64,000 nt of DNA. It comes from Macrostomum lignano. Its lineage: Eukaryota. The stretch covers positions 1-64,000 of the forward strand of contig NIVC01002550.1 of the NCBI GenBank assembly GCA_002269645.1, read 5' to 3'. Positions 59,701 through 64,000 of this stretch are shown piece after piece. Numbering within the stretch: position 1 is the first letter of the stretch; each line of letters opens with the position of its first letter. Below the pieces are notes generated by a model that was not told the origin of the DNA, ran no database searches, and saw nothing but the letters and a program-made list of their open reading frames with translations. The position numbers were made by a program, and so were the translations under genes.

Positions 59701-60934
59701 CTGGTGCTGGCGCCTCTGGTGCTGGCGCCTCTGGTGCTGGCGCCTCTGGTGCTGGCGCCTCTGGTGCTGGCGCCTCTGGTGCTGGCGCCTCTGGTGCTGG
59801 CGCCTCTGGTGCTGGCGCCTCTGGTGCTGGCGCCTCTGGTGCTGGCGCTGACGGGTTGGCACAGAGGCGTCTCTAATGGTCATGTAGTCATTTATAACGT
59901 ATTATGTATGATGCAGCTTGTTTATGTTTACATAATTGTACATTTTTCTACAGAATCGGAACGAGCTGATTCCTGGAAACTATTTAGTTTTCATTCTGGA
60001 AGGAAACCTGGTGTCGCTCGGCTTGAGAAACTACTTAAAGTAGGATATTTTTAGCGAATTGCCTTTCTATGAGTATGATGGAATATGGATTTATGTGGAC
60101 TCTTGTTCCATCACCCTCACCACTTGAGAGTACTGTACCTGCGCTTGTCTCTATTTTCTGAAATTCTGAGGTCCCATAAGATTCTCAGTCCATCAATATC
60201 ATCTCCCATGAGATTCTTAATCATCAACATCATCTCCTATGAGATTCTCACTCCATCAACATTGTATCCCATGAGATTCTAACTCCATCAGCATGTCTCA
60301 TATGAGATTCTCACTCCATTAACATTATATCCCATAAGATTCTCACTCCATCAGCATGTCTCATATGAGATTCTCACTCCATTAACATTATATCCCAGAA
60401 GATTCTCACTCCATTAACATTATATCCCAGAAGATTCTCACTCCATTAACATTATATCCCATAAGATTCTCACTCCATCAATATTATATCCCATGAAATT
60501 CTCACTCCATCAGCATAATATCCCATGAGATTCTCACTCCATCAGCATGTCTCATATGAGATTCTCACTCCATCAACATTATATCCCATGAGATTCTCAC
60601 TCCATCAATATTATATCCCATGAGATTCTCACTCCATCAGCATAATCTCCCATGAGATTCTGTCTCTCCATCAGCATGTCTCATATGAGACTCTCAGCAG
60701 CTCATCCCCATCTGGCCCGAATCTTCGGATTGACAAAAACTGTAATAAACCTGAACTTCAACCCATTTCAGCGAGTCGATGCCACCAGATAACGCGGGCC
60801 TGCTGCCCCAGCTGGGCCACCCGTCAGTGGTCTATCAAACCGAAGACGCCACCGCCGCTGCTGCTCACCTGGCCAACCGTCTCTGCATGCCGCTTCTTCC
60901 CAACGACTTGATTGTTTGCCTTGACAACAATTGA
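47779..60934 (+). CDS. DNAAF8: DNAAF8/C16orf71 (Daap1)-like protein with C-terminal degenerate NDK-like repeats, about 1405 aa; exons 47779-47877, 48328-48396, 48481-48937, 49932-50376, 50460-50759, 51873-52793, 53177-53348, 55612-55837, 56203-56285, 56834-57222, 57670-58153, 58923-59246, 59954-60039, 60772-60934
   Basis: The phase-consistent model sums to 4218 nt. Ordered motifs LPEVHFSDDDD..IQIFSR, LKLGDVADAQLSKVLDQL, NDELLRQLSQH, QTVRVDLR and SSSEDEDD resemble recalled C16orf71 motifs; NDK-like blocks include GCDLAGVRM..LAIAVRGCGAVAAMR, GFALIGCRRVQL..LLLRRENAL and GVRLIGLRSL..YLVFILEG. Some junctions (exons 6, 10, 12) have alternatives. Confidence 0.68.
48951..49908. repeat. 16-17 bp minisatellite, DNAAF8-like intron 3
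   Basis: Units tgtctgtcagctgtag / tgtctgtcagctcaag. Confidence 0.95.
50820..51752. repeat. 34-bp minisatellite, intron 5
   Basis: Unit aatcccatttccactgtctattgaagcgacagtc; period 34 (50941, 50975). Confidence 0.95.
52810..53135. repeat. Degenerate ~35-40 bp repeat, intron 6
   Basis: Recurring agtatgggtttgtt(g/t)ctatggggaa. Confidence 0.75.
53412..55563. repeat. 15-18 bp minisatellite with higher-order structure, intron 7
   Basis: Core aagtt(g/t)(a)acctgtcag, about 2.15 kb. Confidence 0.96.
56320..56785. repeat. Degenerate minisatellite, intron 9
   Basis: Recurring ggcgcctcatcaaatggggaacagaggagacaat. Confidence 0.88.
57395..57585. repeat. 9/18-bp repeat, intron 10
   Basis: gtcaggttgtcaggagt units. 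Confidence 0.85.
58190..58345 (+). mobile_element. CORE-like SINE fragment
   Basis: B-box gttcgattcccg followed by ccttgagcaagacacttaactct...cagctgtaaaatggg, resembling the MIR/CORE-SINE central domain. Confidence 0.6.
58452..58735. repeat. ~38-bp minisatellite, intron 11
   Basis: Unit actcctcaaaagtacctggggagaacaggtaaa... Confidence 0.9.
59313..59848. repeat. Perfect 15-bp minisatellite, about 36 copies, intron 12
   Basis: Unit ctggtgctggcgcct with no visible variant. Confidence 0.97.
60165..60692. repeat. 32-bp minisatellite, intron 13
   Basis: Unit atgagattctcactccatcaacattatatccc. Confidence 0.93.
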
Positions 60935-61971
60935 TTAATTAGTTTGTTGTCTTGTCAACTTGTTTTTACAGAATAAGGCGCATCATTGATGATTTTACAG
61001 GCACACGGCAACAGCATAGCAACAGCATAACAACAGCATAGCAACAGCATAGCAACGGCATAGCAACATCAAGGCAACCACGCAAATAAAAATCGCATAT
61101 ATGCACTTACCGGATGTGTATGCTATAATTGCATAGCAATATTTAAAATGATAGAAAACCTTACTGCTAAGGGCGTCAGCCCATGATCATTGGCCTACGA
61201 CATTGGATATACGGTCACTATTTATCAGCTTTTAATTTTTTTATGTGCGCGCAGCTTACACAGCCACCCCGCTCCCCACAGTTAGCGTGGTATTCTATGT
61301 AATTTCTGTTCCCCCTCCAAAAAATTCTTATTTCTTAATCCGCAAATCTTTCGCCTGGCCCAATTAAAAAAATTTTTGAATTTAAACAAAAAACACAAAT
61401 CAACTGCTCAACTAAATTCGAGTTTTACATTTTCAATTTGCATATCAGTAAGTTTTTACATGCACGCTAAAAGTACATATATATGCGTAATTAGCTTAGA
61501 GCTGCTTTCATCATTTCAAGTTAGCCTTCATTACATTTTTATTGATTCTAAAAACAATTGCACCACAGTTGAATTGTGCATGGACATCTCATGCATGTAC
61601 CGCAGTGCCTTTGTTTTATACTTCGGTGTTTCCTGCACTGCCTAAATTTGCCTTTTCATATTTAAGTTTGATTTTTAAAGAAAAATATAAATATATACAT
61701 ACGCATTGAATTTGCACCGATTCATGCTTTAATAGCTCTTTAGACATTAAATAAATGAATGCACATTAGTAATGTACTGTTACATGAAACTAATTAGCTT
61801 CTTGGCATTCTAAATTCTTTTCAGCTTTTAGATCTATAGCATCTGAATGTACATGTTAATTGTTTACAATGCTCATGTAGCAATTTGTATGTGCGAGTAT
61901 GTAATGTATCACTTGCATTAATTGATCGGGCACTTAATTGAATTCAACAAGGCATGCATTTCATTTACTTT

Positions 61972-62720
61972 TAGCGCCATTCATTTGATATCGTGCCGCC
62001 ATTTCACTTGATTGTGGCGCTATTTCACTTGATTGTGCCGCCATTCCATTTGATACTCGTATTGTGGCGCCATTTCATTTGATATTGTGGCGCCATTCCA
62101 TTTGATATTATGGCGCCATTTAATTTGATATTGTGGCGCCATTCTATTTGATATTGTGGCGCCATTCCATTTGATATTGTGGCGCCATTTCATTTGATAT
62201 TGTGGCGCTATTCTATTTGATATTGTGGCGCCATTCCATTTGATATTGTGGCGCCATTCCATTTGATATTGTGGCGCCATTTCATTTGATATTGTGGTGC
62301 TATTCTATTTGATATTGTGGCGCCATTCCATTTGATATTGTGGCGCCATTCCATTTGATATTGTGGCGCCATTCCATTTGATATTGTGGCGCCATTTCAT
62401 TTGATATTGTGGCGCCATTCCATTTGATATTGTGGCGCCATTCCATTGGATATTGTGGCGCCATTTCATTTGATATTGTGGCGCCATTCTATTTGATATT
62501 GTGGCGCCATTCTATTTGATATTGTGGCGCCATTTCATTTGATATTGTGGCGCCATTCCATTTGATATTGTGGCGCCATTTCATTTGATATTGTGGCGCC
62601 ATTCTATTTGATATTGTGGCGCCATTCTATTTGATATTGTGGCGCCATTCTATTTGATATTGTGGCGCCATTCCATTTGATATTGTGGCGCCATTTCATT
62701 TTATTTTGGCGTCATTTCTT
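61972..62720. repeat. 23-bp intergenic minisatellite
   Basis: Unit gatattgtggcgccatt(c/t)cattt. Confidence 0.95.
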
Positions 62721-63241
62721 TCATTGATTGCGGCCCTATTTCATGGAAATTAATATCTTCGTGGGCACCAGCATCAGAGGCACTTACGATCCGTATTAAA
62801 ATATACTTATCCAGGAATAAAATACATGGAACTAAGTTTGTTGGTAAAAACAATCGCCGAAGTTGACATTTATTTGGGCAATTGGTTTAATTTCGCTACC
62901 CGATCAAAAAGATGTGGTTTAACATCGACGTAGCATAGCTTTGATTTGAATAATAGTTCTAAACTATTGATCGAATTCCATCATTAGTTATTTGATAAAA
63001 ACCTAATCGAGATTTTAACGCACATCTTTGGTATTAAAAAGCACAACGCCTAAAAGTTTGAATAGAGAAATATTTTTTAAATAAATCGCTGATTCAATAT
63101 TAAAAAACATGGTTGGTTATTACAGGTAGTTTGGGTGTCTTACAAAATTTTAAAATATTGTATAAATATTAGAATGTTCCAATCATTCCGCGCCAGTCTG
63201 TCAGTCTGGAGTGCCGGATGTTCAAGTCCATGGCGAATGGC

Positions 63242-64000
<759 letters not shown>

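Noticed and set aside
59287-60054. RRQHQ / WCWRL / VLAPL repeat proteins
   Set aside because: Frames of a 15-bp intronic repeat lying between phase-compatible exons.

Overview
Animal genomic DNA (spliceosomal introns, TE- and minisatellite-rich). The style tentatively suggests a free-living flatworm such as Macrostomum; this is inference only. Exon models were built by hand from splice sites, exon phases and recalled protein motifs. Genes: a 2-exon C2H2 zinc-finger gene (+), EAPP (+), a multiply broken M13/neprilysin-like pseudogene (+), EIF3B (-, 6 exons, 15-kb first intron), a small orphan secreted Cys-rich protein (+), PWP1 (-, with a GC-AG intron) head-to-head with a 14-exon DNAAF8/C16orf71-like gene carrying degenerate NDK-like repeats (+), and the 3' part of a beta-tubulin (-). 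Mobile DNA: an intact, near-identical-LTR BEL/Pao retrotransposon, a Penelope-like fragment with a decayed hammerhead-like motif, tRNA-derived SINEs, and hAT, mariner and Mutator-like MITEs with TSDs. Two genome-level patterns stand out: (1) sharply bounded CpG-erased, TpA-rich domains where old repeat copies carry directional C->T/G->A changes including CG->TA double hits, and (2) many introns built largely from tandem minisatellites, mostly a different unit per intron.
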